64,000 bases of DNA from Anaeramoeba ignava BMAN (Eukaryota > Protista > Anaeramoebae): contig JAPDFW010000013.1 of assembly GCA_028826165.1 (NCBI GenBank), positions 19,107 through 83,106 on the forward strand. The letters are read 5' to 3'. Made by a program: the position numbers and the translations under genes. Shown here in pieces: positions 36,507 to 48,710 of the stretch (positions are counted from its first letter, which is position 1; the number at the start of each line of letters is the position of its first letter). Under the pieces are notes generated by a model. The model made no database searches and had not been told where the DNA came from. It worked only from the letters and a program-made list of their open reading frames with translations.

Positions 36507-38312
36507 TTACTTTTCTTTTTCTTCTTTTTCTTCTTTTTTTTCTTTTTGAGATTCTAAATGTTTTTCAATAAGAGTAACAAGTTCTTCAGGTTCTGGATAT
36601 CTTCCTGTTTTTTTACGTGAAAAAATGAGTGTTCCATCATCAAGATGTACTTCAAACAAATATCCTGAATGTCCGTGTTTTGGAGCAACTGTATATCCTT
36701 TTTCTTTTAATCCATTAGCCACCCAAAGGTATCGTCCAAAGATACCTCATCCTATTTTAAAATTATTATTAAAATTATTATTAAAATTAATTATTATTAA
36801 AATTATTATTAAAATTATTATTAAAAATTATTATTAAAATTATTATTAAAATTATTATTAAAATTATTATTAAAATTATTATTAAATTTATTATTAAATT
36901 TATTATTAAAATTATTATTAAAATTATTATTAAAATTATTATTAAATTTATTATTAAATTTATTATTAAATTTATTATTAAATTTATTATTAAATTTATT
37001 ATTAAAATTATTATTAAATTTATTATTAAAATTATTATTAAAATTATTATTAAAATTATTATTAAAATTATTATTAAAATTATTATTAAAATTATTATTA
37101 AAATTATTATTAAAATTATTATTAAATTTATTATTAAATTTATTATTAAAATTATTATTAAATTTATTATTAAAATTATTATTAAAATTTATTATTAAAA
37201 TTATTATTAAATTTATTATTAAATTTATTATTAAATTTATTATTAAAATTTATTATTAAAATTTATTATTAAAATTATTATTAAAATTATTATTAAAATT
37301 TATTATTAAATTTATTATTAAATTTATTATTAAATTTATTATTAAATTTATTATTAAATTTATTATTAAAATTGTTATTAAATTTATTATTAAATTTATT
37401 ATTAAATGATTATTAAATTTATTATTAAATTTATTATTAAATTTATTATTAAAATTATTATTAAAATTATTATTAAAATTATTATTAAAATTATTATTAA
37501 ATTTATTATTAAAATTATTATTAAATTATTATTGAATTTATTATTAAATTTATTATTAAAATTATTATTAAAATTATTATTAAAATTATTATTAAAAATT
37601 ATTATTAAAATTATTATTAAATTTATTATTAAAATTATTATTAAAATTATTATTAAAATTTATTATTAAATTTATTATTAAATTTATTATTAAAATGATT
37701 ATTAAAATTTATTATTAAAATTTATTATTAAAATTATTATTAAAATTATTATTAAAAATTATTATTAAAATTTATTATTAAATTTATTATTAAATTTATT
37801 ATTAAAATTATTATTAAAATTATTATTAAAATTATTATTAAATTTATTATTAAAATTATTATTATATTTATTATTAAATTTATTATTAAATTTATTATTA
37901 AATTTATTATTAAATTTATTATTAAAATTATTATTAAATTTATTATTAAATTTATTATTAAATTTATTATTAAATTTATTATTAAAATTATTATTAAAAT
38001 TATTATTAAATTTATTATTAAAATTATTATATTTATTATTAAAATTATTATTTATTATTAAATTTATTATTAAAATTATTATTAAATTTATTATTAAATT
38101 TGTTATTAAAATTATTATTAAAATTATTATTAAATTTATTATTAAAATTATTATTAAAATTATTATTAAATTTATTATTAAAATAGATTGCTAATTGATT
38201 GGGGAGATTTGGTTAAATTATTAATTTTAATTGATTTTAATTTTGAGAACTTTAATTGAGATTAATTTTTGATTGTTGATTTACCTCCACAATAAGTAAT
38301 TATGACTTTCAT
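36507..38312 (-). CDS. SELENOW: Rdx-family selenoprotein (SelW-like, 90 aa); exons 38312-38285 and 36751-36507; UGA-Sec at 36749-36747
   Basis: MKVIITYCGG|-TGA-GIFGRYLWVANGL..GYLFEVHLDDGTLIFSRKKTGRYPEPEELVTLI gives a CxxU thioredoxin-like motif plus the Rdx G.FEV..L+.S+..G.+P signature; SECIS downstream. Confidence 0.9.
36752..38284 (-). repeat. 1.5-kb intron composed mostly of a 13-bp repeat (plus strand ATTATTATTAAAA / TTTATTATTAAAT)
   Basis: GTAAAT donor at 38284, TAG acceptor at 36752; repeat spans about 36760-38182. Confidence 0.85.
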
Positions 38313-38668
38313 TAAGTCACTAAAATTTCTTTTTTGAAAATTTTGAAGTTTTTGCGTTGTGTTTTTATTTGTTTTAAATGTTTTAAAAAAAGAAAAAAAA
38401 ATGAAAAAAAAAATGAAAAAAAAAAATCTTTTAATAAATTTTATTTTTGTTTTTGTGGGCAAATTAAAAAAATAAAAATAAAAAAAGGAGAAAAAAAAAA
38501 TAAATTTTTCTTAATTTAAAAATAAATAAAAAAATAAAATAAAAAAAATTGTTTTTCATTTTTTTTCTTTTTGCTTTTAATTTTCTTTACAATTACAAAT
38601 TAAAAAAAAAAACAATAAATTGAAAAAATAAAAATTAAAAAACAATAATTAATAATAATAATAATAAA

Positions 38669-38938
38669 ATGACTGAATCAAAAGTTGTAGTGAAGAATGT
38701 AGATATGGTAGAAGAAATGCAAAACGAGATAATTAACGAAGCATTAACGGCATTTGAGAAATTTACAGTAGAAAAAGATATAGCAGGATATTTGAAACGA
38801 GCTGCTGATAAAAAATACGGTCCTACTTTTCATGTTATTGTTGGGAAAAGTTTCGGATCTTTTGTTACTCATGAAAGCAAAAACTTTATATATTTTTATG
38901 TTGGTCAAACTGCTGTCCTTCTTTTTAAATGCGGTTAA
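38669..38938 (+). CDS. DYNLL1: Dynein light chain LC8
   Basis: VVKNVDMVEEMQ..EKDIAGYLKRAADKKYGPTFHVIVGKSFGSFVTHESKNFIYFY..LLFKCG. Confidence 0.95.
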   Translation: MTESKVVVKNVDMVEEMQNEIINEALTAFEKFTVEKDIAGYLKRAADKKYGPTFHVIVGKSFGSFVTHESKNFIYFYVGQTAVLLFKCG

Positions 38939-39433
38939 TTTTCAAACTCAAGTTTTCTTTCTTTTAAAATTCTCTTCTTTCTTTCTTTCTTTCTTCCCCT
39001 TTTTTTCTCTTTTAATTTTACTTTTAATTTTACTTTTAATTTTACTTTTAAATTTCTTCTTTCTTTTTTTAAAAAAATTTTCTTCTATCTCAAGTTTATT
39101 CTTGTTCTTGTCTTTTTCTTCACTTTTTTTTTTTCTTTCTGTTTTGTTTATCCTTCCTTTCTTTAATTCATTTCAAAAAAAATTGATTTTTTTAATTGCG
39201 TTTTTTTTTTTTGACAATTTAATTGAAAAATTTAAAAAAAATTTAAAAATTAAAAAAAATTAAAATCGAATAAACTGATTAACTTTTTCATTGTTTTTAA
39301 TTTAGTTTTTTTTTGAAAAATAAAAAGTGGAATAAATTCGGATATTATTTTAATTAAAAGAAAATTAAAATTTTTATTTTTTTTTTTAAAATTCAAAATT
39401 TCATTTTTTTCATTTTTTTTCTAAATTTTTATA

Positions 39434-41697
39434 ATGGATTCTTGGTCAACGTAATAAAAGAATAAAAGAATAAAAAATTTAAATTTGCATAAAAAATAAC
39501 TCAAATAAATTTATTAAGAAATTTAAAAATTTAAAAATTAAAAAAATTTAAAAAAAAATTTTAAAAAAAAAAAAGAATTGAATCTGATCCTGGAGTTTTC
39601 ACTGAAATGATAGAAGGATTTGGAGTTGTAAAAGATCAAATTCAAGCCGAAGAATTGTTTTCATTTGATGAAGAATCATTCAATGATTTGCAGTAATTTT
39701 TAAAAAAATCAAATTAAAAAACGAAATAAAAAATCAAATTAAAAAATGAAATTAAAAAAAATCAAAAATGAAATTAAAAAATTTTTTTCTTTTTTAAATT
39801 TCTTAGACCCATTTATGGCCTTGTTTTTCTTTTTAAATGGGATCCCAAATTACACATTGTTAATAAAGGAACTGTTGTAGATCCTCCTGATGAGGTTTTT
39901 TTTGCGAAACAAATAGTTCAAAATGCATGTGCGACTCAAGCTATTTTATCTATTTTATTGAATCTTGAAAACAGTTTTCCTGAAATTGATATTGGTACTC
40001 ATCTTACTAATTTCAAGAGTTTTACGAAAGATTTTCCTCCTGATGTATTTATTAAATAAATATAAAAATTAAAATCAAAATTAAAATCAAAATTAAAAAT
40101 TAAAATCAAAAATTAAAATTAAAATTAAAATTAAAATTAAAATTAAAATCAAAATCAAAAATTAAAATCAAAATTAAAATTAAAATTAAAATTAAAATTC
40201 ATTTATAAAATCAAAATCAAAATCAAAATTAAAATTCATTTATAAAATTAAAATTAAAATCAAAATTAAAATTAAAATTAAAATTAAAATTAAAAAAATA
40301 AAAAAAATCAAAATCAAATCAAATCAAAAATTAAAATTAAAATTAAAATTAAAATTAAAATTTAAAATCAAAATCAAAATTAAAATTAAAATTAAAAATC
40401 AAAATTAAAATCAAAATTAAAATCAAAAATTAAAATTAAAATTAAAATTAAAATTAAAATTAAAATTAAAATTAAAATTAAAAATTAAAATCAAAATCAA
40501 AATCAAAAATCAAAATCAAAATCAAAATTAAAAATTAAAATTAAAATTAAAATTAAAATTCATTTATAAAATTAAAATTCATTTTATAAAATTAAAATTA
40601 AAATCAAAATTAAAATTAAAATTAAAATTAAAATTAAAATTCATTTATAAAATTAAAATTAAAATTCAAAATCAAAATCTAAAATTAAAATTAAAATTAA
40701 AAATTCATTTATAAAATTAAAATTAAAAATCATTTATAAAATTAAAAATTAAAATTAAAATTAAAATTAAAATTAAAATTAAAATTAAAATTAAAATTCA
40801 TTTATAAAATTAAAATTCATTTATAAAATTAAAATTAAAATTAAAATTCATTTATAAAATTAAAATTAAAATTAAAATTCATTTATAAAATTCATTTATA
40901 AAATTAAAATTCATTTATTAAAATTTAAATAGTTAAAAGGAAATGCAATTGGAGATCATGATTTATTCCGAGAAGTTCATAACAATTTCGCAAGACCAGA
41001 ACCATTCATTTACGAACAAGGAGATGAAGACGACGCAGACGATAGCGAATTATATCACTTTGTATCATTTCTACCAATTAACGGAATCCTTTTTGAATTT
41101 GATGGATTAAAATCTGGACCAATTCTTCATGAAAATTGCACACTTGAAAATTGGACAGAAGTTGCAAGAAAAGTTATTATTGAAAGAACACAAATGTTTG
41201 GAACAGAAATTAGATTCAATTTAATGGCAATTGTCAAAAATAGAGTCACTGTTTTGAATGAAAAAATCAACGAATTGAAATCTCAAAAAGAAAAAATTAC
41301 TGATGATAATGAATCTGCTTTAAGTGAAATTGATTCAGAACTTGAAACTCTCGAAATTTTATTATCAAGTGAAGAAGATAAAAGAAAAAATTGGAAAATC
41401 GAAAATGTTCGAAGACAACATAATTATATTCCTTTTTTCATTAACTTGCTTAAGATTTCTGCTCAAAATGGTTTTTTGGAAAATATGGAAAAGAAAGCAA
41501 AACAAGAAGCTGAATTAAAAGAAATGCAAGAAAAATCAAAAGAAAAAGATGAAAAAGAAAAATCAAATGAAGATGAAAAAAAAGATGAGAAAGAAAAAGA
41601 TAATCAAATGGATCAAGAAAAAAAAGAAGATGAAAAAGAAAAAGATGATGAAAAAGATAATCAAATGGATCAAGAAAAAAAAGATGATGATCAATAA
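39434..41697 (+). CDS. UCHL5: Ubiquitin C-terminal hydrolase UCH37/UCHL5; exons 39434-39450, 39576-39692, 39807-40044, 40933-41697
   Basis: MDSWST|IESDPGVFTE..PIYGLVFLFKW..FAKQIVQNACATQAILSILLN..HNNFARPE..YHFVSFLPINGILFEFDGLKSGP..EIRFNLMAIV..WKIENVRRQHNYIPF. Confidence 0.95.
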
Positions 41698-41881
41698 AAA
41701 GAAAATATTCCGTTTTTTTTCCAACTTTTCATTCAAAAAAAAATTTTTCATTCAATTTTTAAAAAAAAAAACATGAAAGCAACAAATTTTATTCCACTTT
41801 TTTTCTTGATTCTTAAAATTCAATAAAAATCAAAAAAAAAAAAAATTTATTCTTCTTTCTTTTTTTGTATCAACACAAACA

Positions 41882-43177
41882 TTATTTTTTTTTTAAATTT
41901 TGATTATAATTCTTATTCAATTTCGGTTTTGATTTTGATTTTGATTTTGAATTTGAATTTGATTTTTCTAATTCTTGTTGTTTTTTCCAAGCTGCAATTG
42001 CTTTTTTTTTAAGTTCTTCTTTTTCTTTTTTTTTTCTTTCTTCAAAATTTTGTAAATTAAAAGTTTTAGGAGATGTTTGAGTTTGTTTTCTGGTTGTTTT
42101 AGTTCTATGTTTCTTTTCATCTAAAGGAATTGTTGGTAATTTTCTTTTAAAAATAACAAATTAATTTTTAAATCAAATTAATATTTAAATCAAATTTGAA
42201 TCAAATTTAATATTTAAATCAAATTTTAAATCAATATTTAAATCAAATTAATATTTAAATTAATATTTAAATCAAATAAATATTTAAATTAATATTTAAA
42301 TCAAATCAATATTTAAATCAAATTAATATTTAAATCAAATCAATATTTAAATCAAATCAATATTTAAATCAAATCAATATTTAAATCAATATTTAAATCA
42401 AATCAATATTTAAATCAATTTAATATTTAAATTAAATCAATATTTAAATTAAATCAATATTTAAATCAAATTAATTTTTAAATCAATATTTATAAAAATA
42501 TTTAAATCAAATAATCCAATATTTAAATCAAATCAATATTTTTCAAATTAATTTTTAAATTTTTAAATCAAATTTTTAAAATAAATATTTAAATTAAATA
42601 TTTAAATCTTTAAATATTTTCAAATCAATATTTTTAAATAAATATTTAAATCAAATTAAATCAATATTTAAATCAAATAAATATTTATAAAATATTTAAA
42701 TCAAATTCTTTAAATTCTTTAAATTCTTTAAATTCTTTAAATTCTTTGAATTCTTTAGATTTTTCTTGTTTTTATTATCATTTTTTGGTTGAGGAACATA
42801 ATCAAGTTTTTTAATTTTTTTTTCTTGCTTTTTTTGATTTTAATTTTCTTTTCAAACAAAGATTTTTTCAATTTATAAAAATCTCTCCATTTAATTGAAT
42901 CTTTTTTTTCAAAACCACCAAAATTTTTTTTAGTAAAAACTTCCCATTTTTTTTCACTATTAAAATCAATTAAAGGATTCATTTTCTCAATTTTTTCAAA
43001 TTGTTCTGGTGTGCATTTTTGTACTATTTTCCTTGCAATTTCATCGGGTATTTCTCCCATATATCCAAGTTGATCAATGTTTCTTTGAATATGTCCAAGA
43101 GTTATATTGAATAATGTTGGTATTTTCTTTTTTTCTTTGAGAAATTCATTTACTCCATAAAAATCAAATTGATTCAT
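41882..43177 (-). CDS. ELOA: Elongin A-like protein; second exon 42143-41882; 5' splice site uncertain
   Basis: BC-box IPTLFNITL..IQRNIDQLGYMGEIPDEIARKIVQKCTPEQFEKIEKMNP..W..F..KNF..WRDFY. Downstream exon KLPTIPLDEKK..AIAAWKK follows an AAG acceptor at 42144. Confidence 0.72.
42160..42750. repeat. Intronic minisatellite (AATATTTAAATCAAATC)n plus (TTCTTTAAA)n
   Basis: Directly visible about 17-bp and 9-bp units between the Elongin A exons. Confidence 0.8.
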
Positions 43178-43291
43178 TAATTTTTGATAAGATTTTTGAA
43201 AAGAAAAAAATGAAAATTTAAAATTTAATTTTTTTCTTTTTTTAAATAAATTAAAATTAAAATATTTTTTTCATTTTTTTTCTTTTCAAAA

Positions 43292-45123
43292 ATGAATGAA
43301 ATTTTATTTTTTGGTCAAAATCAATATCCAAAACTTATCAAAAATGAATCAAATAAAATAACAAAGCCAATACAATTTAAATTTGAAAATGAAAATGAAA
43401 ATGAAAATGAAAATGAAAATGAAAATGAAAATGAAAATGAAAATGAAAAACAAATTAAACAAATTTCATCAGGTTATTTTTCAACAATTTTCCTTTTTAA
43501 AAATGGAAAAAGCAATAGAATATTTAGACGAAAATGATTCAAATCAAAATCCTGAAAAAATCCAAATTGAAGAAAATATTCAAAAAGTATCTGCTGGTGT
43601 TCAAAATGAAGCTATTTTAACAATAGAAGGAAATGTATTTGCAAAAGGAAAATATATTAGTTCAAAAAATCCAAATGAATTTATCAATATTTCATCATTA
43701 ATTGAATATAAAAATGATAGAATAATTCAAGATATTATTTCTGGAGTTAGTTCAATTTACTTATTAACTTCAAATCAAAATGTTTATGGAATTGGTTCAA
43801 ATCAATATGGTCAACTTGGTTTTGATTATCAAACACTTTCAAAAACAGAAAAACCAATTTTAATGATGAAAAATGTTTCTAAAATATTTTTAGGAAATTC
43901 CTCATATTCCGTTTTTCTTTTAAATTCAAATCAAGAATTATTTGGATGCGGAAATAATTTTTATGGTCAACTTGGATTAGGAGAATCAAGAAAAGAAGAC
44001 AAAAGAAATCCAAAAATTAACACAAATCCAAAATATTCCAAAAGGTAAAATAATTGATATTCAATGTGGAAATTATCCTTCAATAATGTTGATTGAAAAT
44101 GAAAATGAAAATGAAAATCCAAAAAGAAAACTTTATTTATGTGGATATTCTAAATATAATGGACTTGGCAAAAATGAAGATACTTATGAATTTACTGAAA
44201 TCAAATCATCTTTATTTGAAAATGATGATAATATTCTTGATTTTTCTTGTGGAAATGGGCATACTTTAATTTTAACTTCAAATTCAAAATTATTAGGATT
44301 TGGATATAATTATTTTGGTCAATTAGGAACTGGAGATACAAAAGATCAATCAATTCCAATTCAAATTGAACTTCCTAAATTAAGATTTAATGAAAATATT
44401 TACAATTATCATATTTCTTGTGGATATCATAAATCATTTATTTATTATTCTCCTCTTTCTTTTTCCAATCTTGAAGAAGATTTGATAAAACTATTTAAAA
44501 GAAAAGAATTTTGTGATATTTCATTTAAAACCAAAAATGGAGAAATAATCAAAGCTCATAAATTAATATTAAAATATAGATTAAATCAAAATGAAATTGA
44601 AAAACTTAAAGAAATTATTTCAAATAAATCAATTAAAGAATCAAATCAAATATTTGAAATGATTTATTCAAACAATTCCAAAATAAATCCAAAATTATAT
44701 TCTGAAATTAAAGAAATTATAAATTCAAATGAAAAAATTGAAGAAACAATGAAAAGAATTTATTTAAATGAAAATGAAAATGAAAATGAAAAAGATTTTA
44801 TAATTGAAAGAAAAGAAAAACAATATAAATTTCCAAAATTAATATTAATAATGAGAAGTGAATTATATCGAGGAATGTTTTTATCTGTAACAGAAGATAA
44901 ATCTAATAAAGTTACAGATTATAGTGAATTAAGTAATAAATCATTTCAAATATTAGAATATTGGATTTATTCAAATCAAATTAAAGAAGAAATTGAAATT
45001 ACACAAGAAATAATTGATGAAATTAAAATTGGAATTGATTATTTTCAATTAAATCAAACAAATCCAAATTTATTTGATTTATTAATTAACAAATTTAATA
45101 ATCAAAATCAAAATTCAAAATAA
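43292..45123 (+). CDS. RCC1-BTB-BTB copy 9 (dispersed; two or more indels near 43510 and 44000-44020)
   Basis: Three consecutive ORF fragments are colinear with copies 1-8. Confidence 0.82.
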
Positions 45124-45525
45124 AATCAAAATCAAAATTAAAATTAAAATTAAAATTAAAATTCAAAATTAAAATCAAAATTAAAATTAAAATTAAAATT
45201 AAAATTAAAATTAAAATTAAAATTAAAATTAAAAATAAAAAAGGAATTAAAAGAAAAAAAAAAGGAGAAAAAGAAAAATATCCACTTTTTTCTTATTGTT
45301 TTTAATTCAATAAAAAAATTTTTTTTTCATTTTTTCATTTTTTTTTTATTTTCATTCCCTTTATTTTTAATTATTTATAAAATCAATATCAAAAATAAGT
45401 AAGAATATATTCTTAATTCTTTAAAAATACATCAAAAAAACACAAAACACAAAACTTACAAATTTAATTTTTGTTATCATTTTTTTGAAATTGAAAATAG
45501 AAAACAAAAATTAATCCAATCAACA

Positions 45526-48237
45526 ATGAAATCAATTCTTTTCTTTTCCTTTTTCTTAATTTTCAATATTTACTTAATTAAATCGATTCAAAATGATCCA
45601 AAATACATTTCATCTTCTAAATCATCAAAACTAATATTAAAAGAAACAGAAACAGAAACAACAACAAAATATTATCCTTCTCTAAATGAAGTTTTTTTTT
45701 GGCGTTTAATATCTAATTTTTCATTTTCATCAAGTTTATCAGGTTTTGGATACAGTACTTATATTTATAAAGATCTTCTTGTTATTACAGCCCCTTTTGC
45801 ACGAAAAGCATTTATTTACAGATATAATGGAACAAATTTTGATCTTCAACAAACTTTGGATGGACCTTCATTTTCAACTTTTGGATATTCTGTTTCAATT
45901 TATGAAGATGTTATTGTTATTGGTGGTTATTATTCAGAAAATGCATTTATTTACAGATATAATGGAATAATTTGGAATCTTCAACAAACTTTGAGTGTAC
46001 TTTCAATTTCAGGTTTTGGATATTCTGTTTCAATTTATGAAGATGTTATTGTTGTTGGTACTTATTTTGCAAACCAAACATTTATTTACAGATATAATGG
46101 AATAGTTTGGAATCTTGAACAAACTTTGGATGAATCAGCTTTATATTTTGGATATTCTGTTTCAATTTATGAAGATGTTATTGTTGTTGGAACTTATTTG
46201 AAAATCAAACATTTATTTACAGATATAATGGAATAATTTGGAATCTTGAACAAATTTTGGATGAATCAGCTAAATATTTTGGATATTCTGTTTCAGTTTA
46301 TGGTAATGTTATTGTTGTTGGAGCTTTTGTTACAGAACGAGCATTTATTTACAGATATAATGGAATAGTTTGGAATCTTGAACAAATTTTGCATGAATCA
46401 TCTTTATGTTTTGGATATTCTGTTTCAATTTATGATAATGTTATTGTTGTTGGAGCTTATGGTCAAAATCAAACATTTATTTACAGATATAATGGAATAA
46501 TTTGGAATCTTGAACAAATTTTGAGTGAATCAGCTAAATATTTTGGATATTCTGTTTCAGTTTATGAAAATTTTACTGCTGTTGGAGCTTGGAGTGTAAA
46601 TCAAACATTTGTTTATGAATTTATACAAATTCCTCAAGTTAATATTCTTAATTGTTCATCTTTGTTTTCATCATTTGATTGTTATTGGGATAAAGTAGAA
46701 TTTATTTCAACTTTGAAATATCAAATAAATTATGGATTTAGTTGGGATTGATATTGAATCTCCAATTTTTGAAGATGGGAATGTTTATTATCAATTATTT
46801 AATTCTTCAAATTATGATAATATTACTGGAAATGAATTTTATTCAATTCAAATCAAAGTTTGTGCATCAGAAATTAAATGTGATAAACCTTCTTCTTTCA
46901 TTAATTTAACAACAAAAATTGATTCTGTAAAAGATTTACAATTAACAAATGCAAATTCTTCAATTAATGTAACTTGGAATCCTCCTAATGTTAAAATTAA
47001 TGAAGGAATTGCTCATCTTGATCATTATAACCTTTCTTATTTCAATCAATCTCAACCTAATTCAATATCTTTCGTTTCAGTTGCTAATTCTTCACTTTCT
47101 TATTTTTTGAATAATTTAAAATGTGGAAATGATTATAATATTTCAATTTGTGGATGTAGAACACCTAAATGTGAAGGAAATGATAAAGGAGAAGTTGCTA
47201 ATTCATTAATTTCATTATTATTTGAAAAAGTTGGAAATTTAACATGTTCAATTTCAAATTTAATAGATATTAATTGTAATTGGAATCAACCAATTAATTG
47301 TTCAACTCCATCTTATTATAATTTTACTTATCAATCAATTTCTCAAAATGATTCAGGAAATTATCAACCAATATCATCAAATCAACAATTTACAGCTCAA
47401 ATTCCAAATCAACAATATCAAATCAATGTATCAGCATGTAATTCAGATGGAAAATGTGGATATATTTCAACAACTTCAATTACAACTGATAATTTACCAA
47501 TAGCTCCAATAATTTATGAAACAATTTCTAAAATTGAAGAAATTGAATTTAATTTCACAAAATTAACAAATGCAAATAATTATTCAATTTCACTTAATAA
47601 TGAAACAAATTGGCAAAAATTTACATCTCTTGATTTAAGTGGAAATGAAATAATTGGAATCATAAGTGGAATATCAGGAAATGTTGAATATAATATTTCA
47701 ATTCGAGGATGTGCAGATTTAAATTGTGAAACACCTTATTTAGGATTACCAAGTTCAATTATTTCAACAAGAGCTAAATTAGGAAATATTACTACATTAA
47801 ATTGCATATCATTAATTAATGGATTTGAATGTAGTTGGGATTCATTAATTTTATCAAGTGGATTAAAAGCATATTCATTTCATTTCAATTCAATATCAAT
47901 TTGTTTATCAAAAACAACAAATTTTCATTCAGAATCAGGATTAAAAGGAGGAGAATATTATGAAATTTCAATTTATTCATCAGCTGATTCAAATTGTTTA
48001 ATTAATGAATATTCAGGAATTAATTCAAAAACATCAATTACAACATTATCTCCAACTGAATCAAAAGAAAGTTCCTCAAAAACTTCAATCATAGCTATAT
48101 CAATTCTTTTTCCTATTTTAATAACAGGAATTATTATAGTTATTATTATTATTATTAAAAAAAAACGCACTCCAAAAATCATTTTTCAAGAAGAGGACAA
48201 AGAACTTGAACCTTTAACAGACATTGAATTATTTTAA
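45526..48237 (+). CDS. Type I surface protein: signal peptide, FG-GAP-like beta-propeller, FN3-like domains, TM; copy A (indels near 46200 and 46740)
   Basis: Repeats FGYSVSIYEDVIVVGxxxxxxxFIYRYNG; FN3-like INVTWNPP..Y.ISI.GC; TM IIAISILFPILITGIIIVIIIII then KKKR. Confidence 0.85.
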
Positions 48238-48710
48238 ATAATATTATGATATTTCTTCATTTCTTTTCAAAAATAAAATTAAAATCAAAATTAAAATTAA
48301 AATTAAAATTAAAATTAAAATCAAAATTAAAAATTAAAATTAAAATTAAAATTAAAATTAAAATTAAAATTAAAATCAAAATTAAAATTAAAATTAAAAT
48401 TAAAATTAAAAATAAAAATAAAAAAGGAATTAAGAAGAAAAAAAAAAGGAGAAAAAGAAAAATATCCACTTTTTTCTTATTGTTTTTAATTCAATAAATA
48501 AATTTTTTTTTCATTTTTTCATTTTTTTTTTCATTTTCATTCCCTTTATTTTTAATTATTTATAAAATCAATATCAAAAATAAGTAAGAATATATTCTTA
48601 ATTCTTTAAAAATACAACAAAAAAACACAAAACTCAAAACTTACTAATTTAATTTTTGTTATCATTTTTTTGAAATTGAAAATAGAAAACAAAAATTAAT
48701 CCAATCAACA

